Positions 37,701-50,612 of a stretch of DNA of 64,000 bases are shown here, piece by piece (within the stretch, counting starts at the first letter, position 1; every line of letters begins with the position of its first letter). The notes beneath the pieces are model-generated. The model had not been told where the DNA came from and ran no database searches. It saw only the letters and a program-made list of their open reading frames with translations. The DNA is from Vitrella brassicaformis CCMP3155 (Eukaryota > Protista > Chromerida). The position numbers were made by a program, and so were the translations under genes. The stretch covers positions 62,001 through 126,000 of the forward strand of contig CDMY01000310.1 in assembly GCA_001179505.1 (NCBI GenBank), given 5' to 3'.

Positions 37701-40690
37701 GTGTGTGGTGTGGATGGATGCAGCCTCCTCCTCGAGCAACGCGCTTGGCGCCTACGCAGTGATGCGCTTCACCGACAAGGACATCTGGCACATTGAGCCG
37801 CAGCCCATCCCCGGCCAGCTGACAGGCAAGGACCTGGTCCATCCACACGTCATCAGAGTCACCTTTGCCCACAACGAGACCAAGACCCTCACCGATTGGA
37901 TGCGCAAAAGATCGGACGAGAAGACGTTCGAGCGGCACTTTCGCCTCGTTTTCGACCGCTGGTTCCATCGGCACAAGGCGGCCATTATGCATGGGCTGGG
38001 TGTGAATCTGCTGCCCCGTATGCCACGTGACCGGGAGATGGTGGCTCGTGCTCGTGCTGCTGCTGCTACCGCTGCCGGTGGTCATGCTGATACACCCGCC
38101 CCTGGTGCGGTGCGCACCGCACGTCTCTCATACTGGCCTCTGTGTACGTACACTGATCTGATGGATGGACATCGATCATCGGTCTGTTTTCAGGTGCTGC
38201 CGAGGTGGCCGCGCGCCATGACGACACGGCGGAAGCCGAAGAGCGGCGCCGGAAGCGCAAAGAGAGACGGCGGCTGGAGGTAAGGGCAAAACAGACACAC
38301 TCTTTCACACACGCATAAGTTGTGTGTGTGGATGTGGGTGTGTATGGTGCTCAGAGAGCACAGAGGGAGCAGGCAGAGGGTGGTGCTCCTGCGAACGGCG
38401 TGGTGCCTTTGGTGGCCGTCAAGATAGAACCAGGAGTGGAGCAAGCGGCATCGGTATGAGACAATCAGAGAGAGAGACAGGGGGGACATACATACACCCG
38501 CACGCATGTCCGTGACAACGCGTTGCATCCAGTGATCGCGTTAATTGTGTTGCGTGTGTGTGTGTGTGCAGGCGGCCTTCACGCCTGTGCCGATCAGGCA
38601 GGAGCCCACGGATGAGCACGAATATGAGCCGACGCACCACCCACAGCCGCAAGCACAGCGGCCCTTCGTGCCGATCCCACCACCCATCCCCATCCCACCA
38701 CCACAGCCACGTGAGCACATACAGCACCACACACAGCAAGCCAAACCCACTCATACGCATTATAATGGCCGTCTGTCTCATCCGCTCAGTGGTCGGCGAC
38801 GGTCTTCCCCCTCATGTGCAACCCACACCCCTGCCAGCAGGAGCAGCATCACCAGCAGCAGCAGCAGCGGACGGCTCGGAGCCATCCCCGGCCAACAGCA
38901 ACCGCAACAACGGCACCAAGCGCAAGAAGAACTTTGCGAGTGGCGTGTCGATCAAGAAGACCAAGAAAGCCAAGAAGAAGGCCGCTGCAGGGGACGGCAG
39001 AGGGGAGGGAGAGGGACAGGGACGGGGGGCCGACATTCCCGCCAATGAGGCGGCCGATGCGCCGCCTCTTCCGCCCATCAACAGCAACGGCTGGTCCATC
39101 CCGCCCCCTCCGCCTCCTCCTCTGGGGCTTCACCACTCCTATGGCCAGCTGCAGCCGCCCCCGCCCCCGTACCCTCCCCCGCCATATGCGCACAGCACGG
39201 CTGACCAATACGGCTATCAGCCGCCACCTCCACCACCCTTGATGCCGATGCCGCCCCACCAGCCCTACCAGCCACCCATGTCGCACAACGGTCCCCACAT
39301 GATGGACGGTGATGGAGAAGAGGATGATGATGATTTCGACAAGCTGTGGGCGGACGGGGCCAAGGGGCAGCCGCATGATGAGATGACTGACGCGCACATG
39401 CAGCACCAGCACCAGCACCAGCATCATCACCACCACCACCAGCAGCAGCAGGAGAGCGGTGCGGCGGCATCGGCCGCTGCCGCTGCTGGATTGGAGCACA
39501 AGGGCGAGGAGGAGTCGATGGTGGCCGAAAAGCAGGACACATGGCAGCAGCAATCGGCAGGTCAGCCCGGCCCTCAGCCCAGCAGCAAGAGGGAGGAGGA
39601 GGGCGAGATCCCCGAGGTCCCCGACCACCCACCCAGTCACACTGGGCCCACCCAAGGCGCCCCCACCACTACCGCAACCGCCAAGGTGACCCTCCGCGTC
39701 TTGGCCGAGGCCAACAGTGACCCGAGCAGCCGCTCGCCGCCGTTCGACTTGGTGAGGCTCCGGGGGGTTCTCAGCAACATCGAGCGGCGCTCGAGTGACT
39801 TCGGCTACATCAGGAAGACTGGTGACCACACTCCCACTGCAGCGACCCTTATCACCACCCTGTCCGAGTCAACGAGACGCCCAGAGATAACGGTGGGTGA
39901 GACGGTGGATGGATGGATGGATGGACATGCCTGTGTGTGTGTGTGTGTGTGTGTGCAGGTGAGCATGGAGGGCCCGATCGACAAGGTGGCAGAAAAGGCC
40001 ACCAGCCTGCTCAGCACGTTCGAGCGGGGCGTCGATGAGGAAGCCATCCCCCCCGTTGTGCTCGACGCCCAGGCTGCCAAGCAGGAGAACAAGCGACGCG
40101 GACGGATGAAGGGTGTCCACATCATGTTCGAGACGTCCCGCGAGCAGCTCATGTGCGCCCGGCTGCATCTCGAGCAACAGACGAGCAATGAGGTGGGCGG
40201 CAAGGGAGGATTTGGCAAGCAGTACAAGGATGAGGTAGGCCGCTCCATCGGCCATTACCAGGAGAATCCATCGGGCGGCTTCTCGTGGCGGGGCTCGGCA
40301 AGCTCCCTCTTCGTCAAGCTGTCCGCCGACTCCCTGGCTGCCTTCAACCCATCCATGGTGATCGGTGACGGCTTCGACGAGACCATGTGCGTCGTGCGCT
40401 TCTACGAAGCCCACGGCGTTCTTTCGGTCCCTCGTGCAGCGACGAGGCCGTGGGAGCACGTGCTGTGTGCCGGCAGCCACATGGACCACCGTCGGATCGA
40501 GGTGCGTTACGGCTTGTCCAACCCAAAGCCCGCCAACATCAAAGGAGGCACCATGAGTCACACCTGCCCCACCCTGTTTGTGAGGATGGAGGGACGGGAT
40601 TTGCTGCCGTTTTTGCTTGAGAGCTACCCTGTCGGGGAGGGGGGCGGTGTGGTGGACGTGGATATTGTCAAAGCCCACAATTGGCCGTAG
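34780..40690 (+). CDS. Large multi-exon hypothetical, probably nuclear, protein with a globular C-terminal domain
   Basis: Exons can be chained in frame through donors at 38281 and about 38711 into ORF 38558-40690. Basic NLS-like runs (KRKKN, KKTKKAKKK), P/Q/H-rich linker and repeated psi-K-x-E motifs. Confidence 0.5.
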
Positions 40691-41462
40691 CAGTACTACC
40701 AGCGATCGATCGATCGGTGCTGGTGGGTGGGTGGGTGCGCGTGGGGGGGAAGGGGGGGGTGCCAGCCTGTGTGTGTGTGATTTAGGTCTGTGTGAGTGGA
40801 TGGGATGGGTCTGCCTGATAGCGATTTGCCTGATCTGATGGATGCACGACAGATAGAGAAGACAGACAGACAGACAGGTGGATGGACGGACAGGTGTGTG
40901 GGGTCGATGAACAGCTATTCTTGGCCGAGTGTGTGTCTGGTGTGTGTTCCATTCCTCCGTGGGTGGGGACACTTGGCCGATTTGCAAGCCATTGCATGTA
41001 CCATATGTATGTACCGATGGATGCAGTCACAGTGCCTTAATTGTTGTGGTGTCGACACATGAGTGCATTGAATGCATTCGTGTGTTGTCAAGTCCCTCTT
41101 GTCGAGCAAGTGTCTCGTGCACTTGTCGCGTGCATGGGAGGCCACCTCTCCGTTAGGGGCGCCAACACGACACACGAAGGCATCATCACGTGCAAACGGA
41201 CGGACTGACCCATGTCTGCGTGAATGAAAAAATGGATGGATGGATGGAGCAGACACAAATGGATCTCTGGCTGAGAGTTGAACGGTACTAGTCCACATAG
41301 TTGACTGCCCCACACACACACAACCGGTCGGCCGGTCACCATGCCGAGGGTGTGACTGGCGGAACAACAAACGCCTCTCCACTGACTGTGTTAACCGCGG
41401 CGCCAGTGGCTCTAGGGCTTGACGTTAAATCCCACCCGTAGATCCTGCCGCATTATCTCGTG

Positions 41463-42293
41463 ATGCAGAGCTGTGCCGATCCCGTAGAGGCCTACGATGA
41501 CCCCCTCTTCTCTCGTTGCTACGACAGGATGGTGGCTGCTCTTCCGAAAAGCCTTGAGGTGGGGAAAGATGTCCAGCTTGCGGCTACGCTGCTTCCGGAG
41601 GGAGGAGCGCGCATCCTAGACGTTGCAGCAGGCAGCGGCAGGGTGGCCTTTGGCCTGGCGTCGCACTTTCCGAATCGTCCTCTGGAGATCAATCTCCTGG
41701 ACGCTTCCCAGGAGATGCTCTCTCGCGCACGGGAGCAGGAGCCTCCGCACACGGCCTGCCGCTTCTCGTATATGCATGGCGACATGAGCGATCTGGGGAA
41801 GATCCTCGCTGACGCCCCACGCTTCGACCTCATCATTCTCACTGCGGGGAGCATTCACCATCTTCTGGAGGAAGGAGAGAGGAAGGGGCTCTTTGAAGGC
41901 TTGGCCCAGCTGGTGGAGCCTCAGAGGGGACGCCTGCTGCTCACAAGGCTCGCCGATGAGGAAATTATTTGCGCGGAGGAGACAGCAGATGCCACAGTCC
42001 AGCTGGCCCCCGGCGTGACGAAGCGCATCCTGCGTCAGGAGAAGCAGGAGTGCTCTAATGGGGACGCGGTGGTGCACACGGAGTTTGAGGTCTCGGAGCA
42101 AGGGGAGGAAGAGCAGGGCAGTAGGGTCTCATGGACTCTCAGGACCATTCGTCCGGAAGATCTAGCAGCTGCCGCCACAGCACATGGCCTTCTTCTGGTT
42201 AGACGCGCTTCGGGATTTGAGAGCGCTATGTCAGGAAATACACTGGATGTCCCAGACAGGGACTCCACAGTGTTCGTTTTTTCCATTGCGTGA
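41463..42293 (+). CDS. Class I SAM-dependent methyltransferase, intronless
   Basis: Motif I ILDVAAGSGRVA; post-I LLDASQEMLSRAR; HGDMSDL; FDLIIL...SIHHL. Confidence 0.9.
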   Translation: MQSCADPVEAYDDPLFSRCYDRMVAALPKSLEVGKDVQLAATLLPEGGARILDVAAGSGRVAFGLASHFPNRPLEINLLDASQEMLSRAREQEPPHTACRFSYMHGDMSDLGKILADAPRFDLIILTAGSIHHLLEEGERKGLFEGLAQLVEPQRGRLLLTRLADEEIICAEETADATVQLAPGVTKRILRQEKQECSNGDAVVHTEFEVSEQGEEEQGSRVSWTLRTIRPEDLAAAATAHGLLLVRRASGFESAMSGNTLDVPDRDSTVFVFSIA

Positions 42294-43125
42294 TGGATGC
42301 GCTGTGTGGGGATCAGTTGGCGAGAGCCGCGAGGCGCCCGAGAGCCGGACGAGAGAAGAAAAGACTTCTCGCGTTTGTCTATCGCCCTCGCTCGTGCAAC
42401 TAGCTACTGTCTGTCTGCGTGTTGATGGGGCGATAGACAGGGAGGGGCGGGTTCGCGGGGCTGGGATGTGCGTGCTGATGGGGCATGTGAGTGTGACGGA
42501 CACACAGACGAGTGAGTGTTGCGGTGAACCTTTTTTCTATCCAGATCACGACCTGGGGTTGAGGAGTATTGATTACAACACACACACACACACCCCCATC
42601 CATCCATCCATGTATGTCTGAATGTCACTCGCGTCGGTCGCAATCAGACGCAAAAGCAGCCCATCCATCCATCCACCCTCCCGCCTCGCTGCCTCCATCC
42701 ATCCATCCATCCTGGTTAGATACTGCACTCCAGGCAGATAGAGATGGTCTGGTCCCTCGATTCGATGGGTGGATGCGATGGATGCATCCCATCCAGACAT
42801 GCACACAGGACATACATGTCCATCTGCCTGCCTGCCTGCCTGTGCATACAAATCAAAGTGGTAGTATCGCTCGTTCGCCACATGGATGGATGGATGCAGT
42901 CTGTGTGTCTGTGTGTCTGTCTGTCTATTTCATGCGTGCGAAGACCGACTGCCTGGGCCGGTCGCTCGGCAGAAATGAGGGGCCGCGAACGGACAGCTGC
43001 TCACGCAAATCGCCTACACAGACACACACAGAAACAGAAACAGACACACGGAGGGATACCCTACGCATCGATCTCCGTCCATCTGATCTGTGTGCGTGTT
43101 GTGTGTGTGTGTGTGTGTGTGTGTG

Positions 43126-44277
43126 TTATGGACCTCCTCTGGGTCCCAGGTCTTCATCGTCTTTGTTGTGTCGGCTGCCCGGCTGCGCACTCTGGTCAAC
43201 CACCGCAACCTGACGGACGGACGGACGGACGGACGGACGGATGCACCCACCCACCCACATGATCGGTGGAATGGATGGGTGTGGGTGATGGGTGAGGGCA
43301 TGTGTAGTCAGTGTACCTACCTTGATTTCGCTGGTGATGACCCCCCGTCTGCCCCTGGCCTTGAATGTGGTCTTGTTCAGCCTCGAGGCCGCCTCCTCGG
43401 CATCGCCCTTGCGCAGGAAACCCACCATCGCCGTCACGATCGGACCGCTGTCAAGCTGACACCACACACACACACACACACACGCGCACGCGCGCAAGAG
43501 AGAGAGAGAGAGAGATGGGATGTGTATCCCATCACGCACGCAGCCATGTGTGTGTGTGTGGTGTGTTTCCTTCCATGCGCATCGCATCGCATTCCGGCCT
43601 ACCTTGACAAACACCACTTCCCCGACTTTGGCAAAGGCGTCAATGACCATGTCCTTGGTCGTCTCCTTGGGCAGGTTCCGCACAAACACGTGGCTCGTCG
43701 CCTCGATACCCCGCCCGCCGCCACCAGCACTCTCGAAGTACAGATCGTGGTCCCACTTGTCGCTGCTGCTGCCGCCGACACCCACACCGATATCGAGGTC
43801 CATGCCGCCACTTCTGTCTCGATCTCGGTCTCGCTCACGAGGGCTGCTGAAGACGGCTCGCGGGGCGGAGTATGGCCCGATGACCCTGCGAGCACGCGCA
43901 GGGCGCACCGGTCCGCTCATGAAGACCTCCCTGGTCTTGCGGCCGCCGCCACTGCCCTCGGTGTCCATCCGGTCAAACACGTTGCCGCCAGCATTCAGCG
44001 CACGCACCTGTGACAGACAGACAGACACCCATCCAATCCCATCCCATCATGGCAAACCATGGGCACATGCAGGTCTGCGTGGTGTGCATGCCTATGCCTG
44101 CAGGCCTCGTGGTACCTGAGAAGAGACGCCTCCAGTGGCCTTTGGCTGCTGTCTCACCGCTCCGACAGCAGCGCCGAACAAGCCGCCCTCCTTGGTGCGC
44201 CGACCACGGTCACCGGCGCCAGAAGGAGCCATCTCGACGTCATCGCCGTTCGCTGTGCCGTTCCGCGCGTCTGCCAT
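43126..44277 (-). CDS. ALYREF/THOC4-like RRM protein with WxHD motif
   Basis: DKWDHDLYFESAGGGGRGIEATSHVFVRNLPKETTKDMVIDAFAKVG closely parallels ALYREF DKWQHDLF...[20 protein letters not shown]. The second RRM half is TAMVGFLRKGDAEEAASRLN. Confidence 0.75.
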
Positions 44278-44519
44278 CGCGCGAGAGCCTCTTTGTCTGC
44301 TGTGTGGGTGTGGAGGTTGGGAGGAGTGGTGTGTCTCGATCCGCAGGAGTGGGGTGGGATATATCAGGCCTTCTCTGGTCAGGCCGACTGCATGCCACAG
44401 CAGGCAATGCCACACACAGGAACCAACTTGTGAGCTGCCGTAAAACGGCTCTTCTCCAGGCGAGCTCTTCGGTGAAGGCGGCGATGGTGGTGTGTGTGTG
44501 GTGATGACTGATCTTCCCT

Positions 44520-45384
44520 ATGACAGACCGCAGTTGTTGTCATCTTGCAGCCCGTAGCTCTTTCCTGTTCCACCGTCTGCCGCACCCCTTTTTCCTTTTC
44601 TCCTGCCTCATCCTCGGCAGGACACTCACATTAGCACAGGCAAGCAAAGCAAACCAAAGCACACAAGCCACCACAGCTCACAGCTACATACGCGCATATA
44701 TCTTTCTCTCTGTGTTGATGTGATTGTGCAGGGCCAGATAGCCGCCTTATCAGAGGGGAGGGGGGCCGCCAACCACCAGGCCACACCCACACCCACATCC
44801 ACAGCAGCCGACACAGTGCGTCTGATATTGGCCTGGAATACCGACTCACCGGCAGCCAAGGAGAAGGCCAGGTCAGAGGTCAAGACTCTCGTCGGCGGGG
44901 CGAGTGTCGTGCTCAAGTTCGACCAGCTGCAATCGCTCAACATGGACATCATCACCGTGTCCAGGCAGGCCAGCGAGGAGGTCCTCAACGCGCTGAAAAA
45001 GAGCCCAGCTGTCAGCGTCATCGGTAAAGGCGGGATGATTGATGTCATGGGATGTGATGTGATGTGATGTGATGTGTGTGGACACTACAGACAGACATGA
45101 ATGGATGACCCACTATATGGCCATTCTCTGCCTCTCTTTCTCCCCTTCTCTGTCCTTGTGTGTGTGTGTGTGTGTGTCTAGAGGTGGACATGCCCGTGTA
45201 TGCCGTGAGGGGTGAGCAGGAGGAGGCCGCTGCTGGTGGTGGTGATGCTGTCAGTGCTGCAGGCGGTGGTGGTGATGATGGCGGTTGGATGAGGCGGATG
45301 GAGAGAGAGGGAGAGGTGCCTGTGGTCAGGGCGCACGAGGCGCACCCCCAGCACAATGAGCTGCTGCTGCTCAGGAGGCAATGA
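44520..45384 (+). CDS. Small putatively secreted protein resembling a stand-alone subtilisin propeptide (inhibitor I9-like)
   Basis: Exons 44520-44639 (GC donor AG|GCAAGC), 44732-45023 and 45182-45384 are in frame. ...EEVLNALKKSPAVSVI|EVDMPVYAV resembles the S8 propeptide end (LKKDPSVAYVEED...AY). No catalytic domain follows. Confidence 0.55.
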
Positions 45385-46924
45385 ATCAATGGGGGAGGGG
45401 ACAAGGGCGGGGGGTCGCTCGGTCTGTACGTATGGGTTAGATTTTTATCTCTGTCTGTCTGTCTGTCTGTCAAGAATAATTAACAGAGAGATAGGACAGA
45501 AGGAGAAAAAGAGAGAGGGTTCAGAGAGTGTTTTTTGTTGTATATGCCGCATGAGGCGAGTGCGTGTGACACCGGCTCGCAGCGTGGATGCAAGTGTGTC
45601 TGTCTGCAGGCGTGTTGCGTGAACCGTTCGTCGCATGCAATGCATGAGCCTGTGTGTACTGTATTGTATTGTATTGTATGTATGTCGTGCGTCTCTTTTC
45701 GGGCCTTTTGTCCCTCTAAACTCTCCCTCCCTCCCTCCCTGGCCCCCTCCCTGCCTTCGTTCCTATGTGCGTGGCGCGTGAGCGTCTCTCTCTGCGTGTC
45801 TTTTTATGTGAGAGTACGTGCCTGCCATCGCAATCTTAGTGTGTCTCTGCCGGTGCCGGTCGGGTGCTCTGCTCGCCAGGTGTTTGTGTGTAAGGGGGGG
45901 TGGGCCGGGGTTTTTGATAAGGGCCGAAGGGCGAGTTGATGTATGCCATGGGGTGTGTCGGTATGTGTGTGGATGTGATGTGTGTCGCTCTGACACGCTT
46001 TGCGAATCGTCTGCCAGCAGCTTTGCTGCGGCTGGGAGATGATTCGCTCCGCGTGTCGGCGCGGCACCGACATACACACGTGGAGAAAGGGAGAGAAAGA
46101 GATGACAAATTGAGCAAGGACAGAAGGGATAAGGCATTTTGTGCCTGCCAGTGCATGCCGATCCCTCCCTCCCTCAGTTGGATATGATACCTTGGTCACG
46201 TATGTCTTCGCTGTCTTGCTCTCGTGCATGTGCATGTGAGGCCACCAGCTGTGTGGTGCGCCGCTGCTGGCGCGGTGGTCTGCCATCGTGCTGCCAGGGT
46301 GTTCCTACGCACTCCTGCGTGGCAAGATGGCACCTGCTGAGGCAGCAGCAGCGGCACAGCACACAGCCATACATGGCCAGACGACACGTATGTGCACACA
46401 CTCGTCAGGGCGATGGCATAAACGAACGGGATAAAGGTATTGGTTGGTGCTGGCTGGTGGTGTTGGTATTTTGGTCTTTCCTGCCTGCCTGCCAGCTGCC
46501 TGTCTGTGTATGTGTGTATGTGTATTTAAGTACGCCAGACAGACAGATAGACAGACAGACCGATCGATGACCGATGGATCGCCATGGATGGACATATAGA
46601 TATAATATACGGTGTGTGTGCACTCACTGAGGGTGACTTTCCCTCTCTCTCTAGCTATGGATCTGTCTGTCTGTCTCTATGCGATCGCTTTGTGTTCGAT
46701 CCTGTGTGTCTGCCAAATGAAATGAATTCAACCCACCAATTAATCATTCTCCCCCCCATTGATCATATAACACCACAGCACATCAATCACACTTTGGTGC
46801 ACCCAGCCAGCCCACAATAAATTAAACCCAACATAAACCCAACACACACACACACGCCACGCACAACATGAAAACACCCATACAGTGAGTGAGTGCACCC
46901 CCCCTCGTGTCGTGTCGTGGTTGT

Positions 46925-49900
46925 CTACGCCTGCTGCCTCTTGCCGTACTGGGTCATGTCTACCTCTGGCACACCACCCATTGCCATTGCATACTCACTC
47001 TGCTGCTGTTTGTCTTTGGTCCTCTTGCCGCGTGCCTCTGCCGCCCTGGCCATGACCGTCGAGTAAAGATCCTCCGGCAACGCACCTTCCTCATACTACA
47101 CCACACACAGGGAGGGGAGGATCTTATGGGGTGTGTGTGGTGTCTGTCTTTGTGAGTGAGACGGACCATACCATCTGCTGGAAGAGCTTCTGATTGACGG
47201 CACAAAGGCGACTCGAAAAGGCCTCGCCGGTGTCATCAGCATGCCTATTACATGCCATGCCACACACCCATTTGTTTGTATGTGCGGGCATTGCATGTCT
47301 CTTCCTCTCTCCCCCTCTGTCTGTCTGCCTCTGTGTGTGCATTGCATTCACTGGCTCGCTCACTGTTTCTCGCTCACTGTTTTTCGTGCATCTGTGAGAC
47401 GAGTGTTGCGTCCATCTGTGCGCGTCGCTCCCGCCGTGCCGCCTCCTCTGCACGCTCCTTGGCATCGCCTGCGGCGATCTGATTGGATTGATGCCATACA
47501 CACACCACAGCGAGGAAGGAATGACAACCAACAGCAATGTGTGGGTGTTTGTTTTGGTACTTGTTGTTTCCACATAGCGGCTTGCTCTGCCATCTCTGTT
47601 CGATGCTGCTGGGCACGCTGACGCTTCTCCTGTTGGTTGATGGACAGACACACAGACCCGGAGCGTGTGTGAGCGCCACTCTCCCAAGCGTATTGTATTG
47701 TGTGGGTGCGTGAGGGTCCTTTGATCGATCCATTGATTCATTCACCTAGCTACATACCTCTTGTTGCTCCTGCAGTACTTGTCTTATCTTAAGCACAGTC
47801 GCCTTTTGACGCTCAATCTTCTCTTGAGCCTCCTGCTCACAGTCATCGACTCGACTCGACACACACGTTAGTTAGTTGTGTGGCAGACAGACCTGCCTAG
47901 CCTGCCTACCTTGTTTGCCTTTTCCTCTGCCATTTTGACGTATTTGATCATGTTCATCTCGTCCTCTCTGGCCTTCTTGTCGGCCGACTCCGCCAACACA
48001 CGACCCATCGTGTCTGCTATCCTGCAGGCACCATGGATGAATGGCAACACAACACACGGTGGGGCAATCACACACACACAGGCCTCCATTTGGGTGTGTG
48101 TGTGTGGGGGGGGGNNNNNNNNNNNNNNNNNNNNNNNNNNNNNNNNNNNNNNNNNNNNNNNNNNNNNNNNNNNNNNNNNNNNNNNNNNNNNNNNNNNNNN
48201 NNNNNNNNNNNNNNNNNNNNNNNNNNNNNNNNNNNNNNNNNNNNNNNNNNNNNNNNNNNNNNNNNNNNNNNNNNNNNNNNNNNNNNNNNNNNNNNNNNNN
48301 NNNNNNNNNNNNNNNNNNNNNNNNNNNNNNNNNNNNNNNNNNNNNNNNNNNNNNNNNNNNNNNNNNNNNNNNNNNNNNNNNNNNNNNNNNNNNNNNNNNN
48401 NNNNNNNNNNNNNNGGAAGGGGGTGGGCGGCTGGTTGCCTCTTGATTTTGGCCTGCTGTTCCTCTATCTTTGCCAGGCGCTCTCGCTCCTTCCTCTCCAG
48501 CTCTTCCGCATATCGCCTGTGAGCACACAATACATAAGACCCACATGGATGGCATGGGTGTGCTGTGTGCAGGTGTGTGTGTGTGTGTGTGTGAAGGTAC
48601 ATACAGTACCTGGCTAGTTCGATGGCCTCTTCCCTCTCTTTTTGTTTGCGCATTTCCTTCTCCTCGATGGACTTGATGACGTGCTGCTGGATCTCAGCTG
48701 AACGAGCCTTCATCGCCTCAGCCTATACATACACAGACAGCATGGGATGGATGGCATCCCATACACACATATATACAGAAATGCAATGCAACGCAATCAG
48801 TTGTGTGTTGCATCGTCTCTCTTTCCGTATATAGCCGTTGGTTGTGTGTGTCTCTCTGTCTCTCTTTCCGTGTGGTGTGCCCTGAGTAATCCTTCGTCTC
48901 TGCAGGCCTGTGTGGCTGTATCTGTCTGTGTCTCTCCCTCCTCACCCCCTCCCTCCCTCCCTCTCTGACTGCCTCACCTCACCCCACCCACCAGCATTCG
49001 TTTCTTCTCCCTGTCGGCCTCCTCGTCCCTCCGTATCCGCTCCACCATCTCATCAGCTTCCCTCTCAGCCCGCCGCCTCGCGCGATCCTTCCGCCTGTTG
49101 GCCTCCTCCTCGGCCTTGCGGCAGTACTGCACCTGCCGACGCATCTTGGCCTGACGGGCCTCACGCTCGCGGTTTTCCTGCTCTTTGTAGTCACGAATTT
49201 GCTGCTGCAGATGCTCCTGCATAGGAAAATGGGATGGATACGACTCGACGGAGGCGTGTGTTTACCTTTGTGTGTCTGTCGGTCTGTCTGTCTGTCTATG
49301 TGTGCTGGGGTGTGGTGGCTTACTCTGTCCCGGAGTATTTCGAGTTTGGTTTCCTCTTTCTGCTGGCGGTTCTTGTCCATCTGCTCCTCTACCTCCTTAC
49401 GGAAACACACTGATGACGCATCGCATCGCATACACGCAAAAGTGGGGCAGGAGGGACATACAGACACACTGTGTCTGTCTGTCTGTCTGTCTGTGTGTGT
49501 CTACGTGTCTCTGTCTTAATTACCTGCAGTTGCCCGCATGCGTGCGAATTTGTCTCGTTCACTCTCCCCGTATTTCTTGCGGTCGTACTCGGCTATCATG
49601 TCAAACGGATCCACCACAGACCGCCTGTTTATATGTACCATCCACACCACACGCCCATCCATCGGATCCCCTCCCTTTGCCTCATCATATAGTGTCTGTG
49701 TGCCTGGCGGTGTGTGTACACGTCCGTCCGTACTTGTGGCCGACATTTCTCTTGAAAAGGGGGATGTTGACGGTCGACTTGAACCTGCCACCCGCCTTGG
49801 ACGAGGCCAAAGAGTCAGACCGGTCATCTTTATCCTTATCTTCCCTTGATGTGCCGGGGAGGGGGAGGGAACGCACAGCAGGAGACACACCAGGGGCCTC

Positions 49901-50418
49901 CACTGGCCTTTGGCTGCATGATATGACGGCACACACAGACAGATATATTGCAACGACACTCACCTCGATCACACATGATGGCCGGATGCTCTGGTGGTTG
50001 TTTGTGTGTCGTGTGTATGAGTTTGTGGTACATAGCGGTCACCCACGTACCTTTCAGCAGCAGCGGCTGGTGGTCTCTCTGTGCCACCCTGCCTCCCCTC
50101 CCTCTCTGCCTTGCCCACGTTCCTGCGGTGTTTGAGCTTCATGTGCACCGCCTTCTGTATCCCGTTCAGCATCTCCCTGTCCACCAAAGCCCTCTCCTTC
50201 TCATCACCTTCACCACCCACAAGTAGCAGCCTCTCCGCCTCAGGCCGCACCACCTCCCGCACCTCATCGTCTGTGGCACCAAACTTGGTCTTGAGCTTGG
50301 TGACCAGACTGTCAACGGCCTTCTGCCTGCGACGTGACGAGAGGGCCTTGAGTGTGCTGCCGCAGCTGACGCTGCAGCTGCCGGGGAAGGGCGAGGGGGA
50401 CGAAGCTGAGTCTGCCAT
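46925..50418 (-). CDS. Long E/R/K/Q-rich coiled-coil protein, probably ciliary (trichohyalin-plectin-homology-like)
   Basis: Chain of short charged helical exons (EHLQQQIRDYKEQENREREARQAKMRRQ; ARSAEIQQHVIKSIEEKEMRKQKEREEAIELAR; RAEEAARRERRAQMDATL). Interrupted by the gap at 48115-48414. Confidence 0.6.
48115..48414. other. Assembly gap (300 N)
   Basis: Run of N flanked by G-runs. Confidence 1.
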
Positions 50419-50612
50419 CGTGAATGCGTGGGGGGAAACAAAGGAGGAACAGCGGCAGCTTCAATCACATCATGATGTTTGGATGGGGGCCTCGGGGGCC
50501 GGTGCATGAGACGGCCAGGAAGAGACTCGCCGGAGAGCCCTGGTCGAAAATGGTTCGCTCTTTTTGCACTGCCAACAGCATCTGACGTACCGTATACGCG
50601 TCGAGGGAGGCT

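Noticed and set aside
46140-46330. Isolated exon-like block on the minus strand (MADHRASSGAPHSWW...)
   Set aside because: It could not be linked in frame to neighbouring genes and has no recognisable motif.
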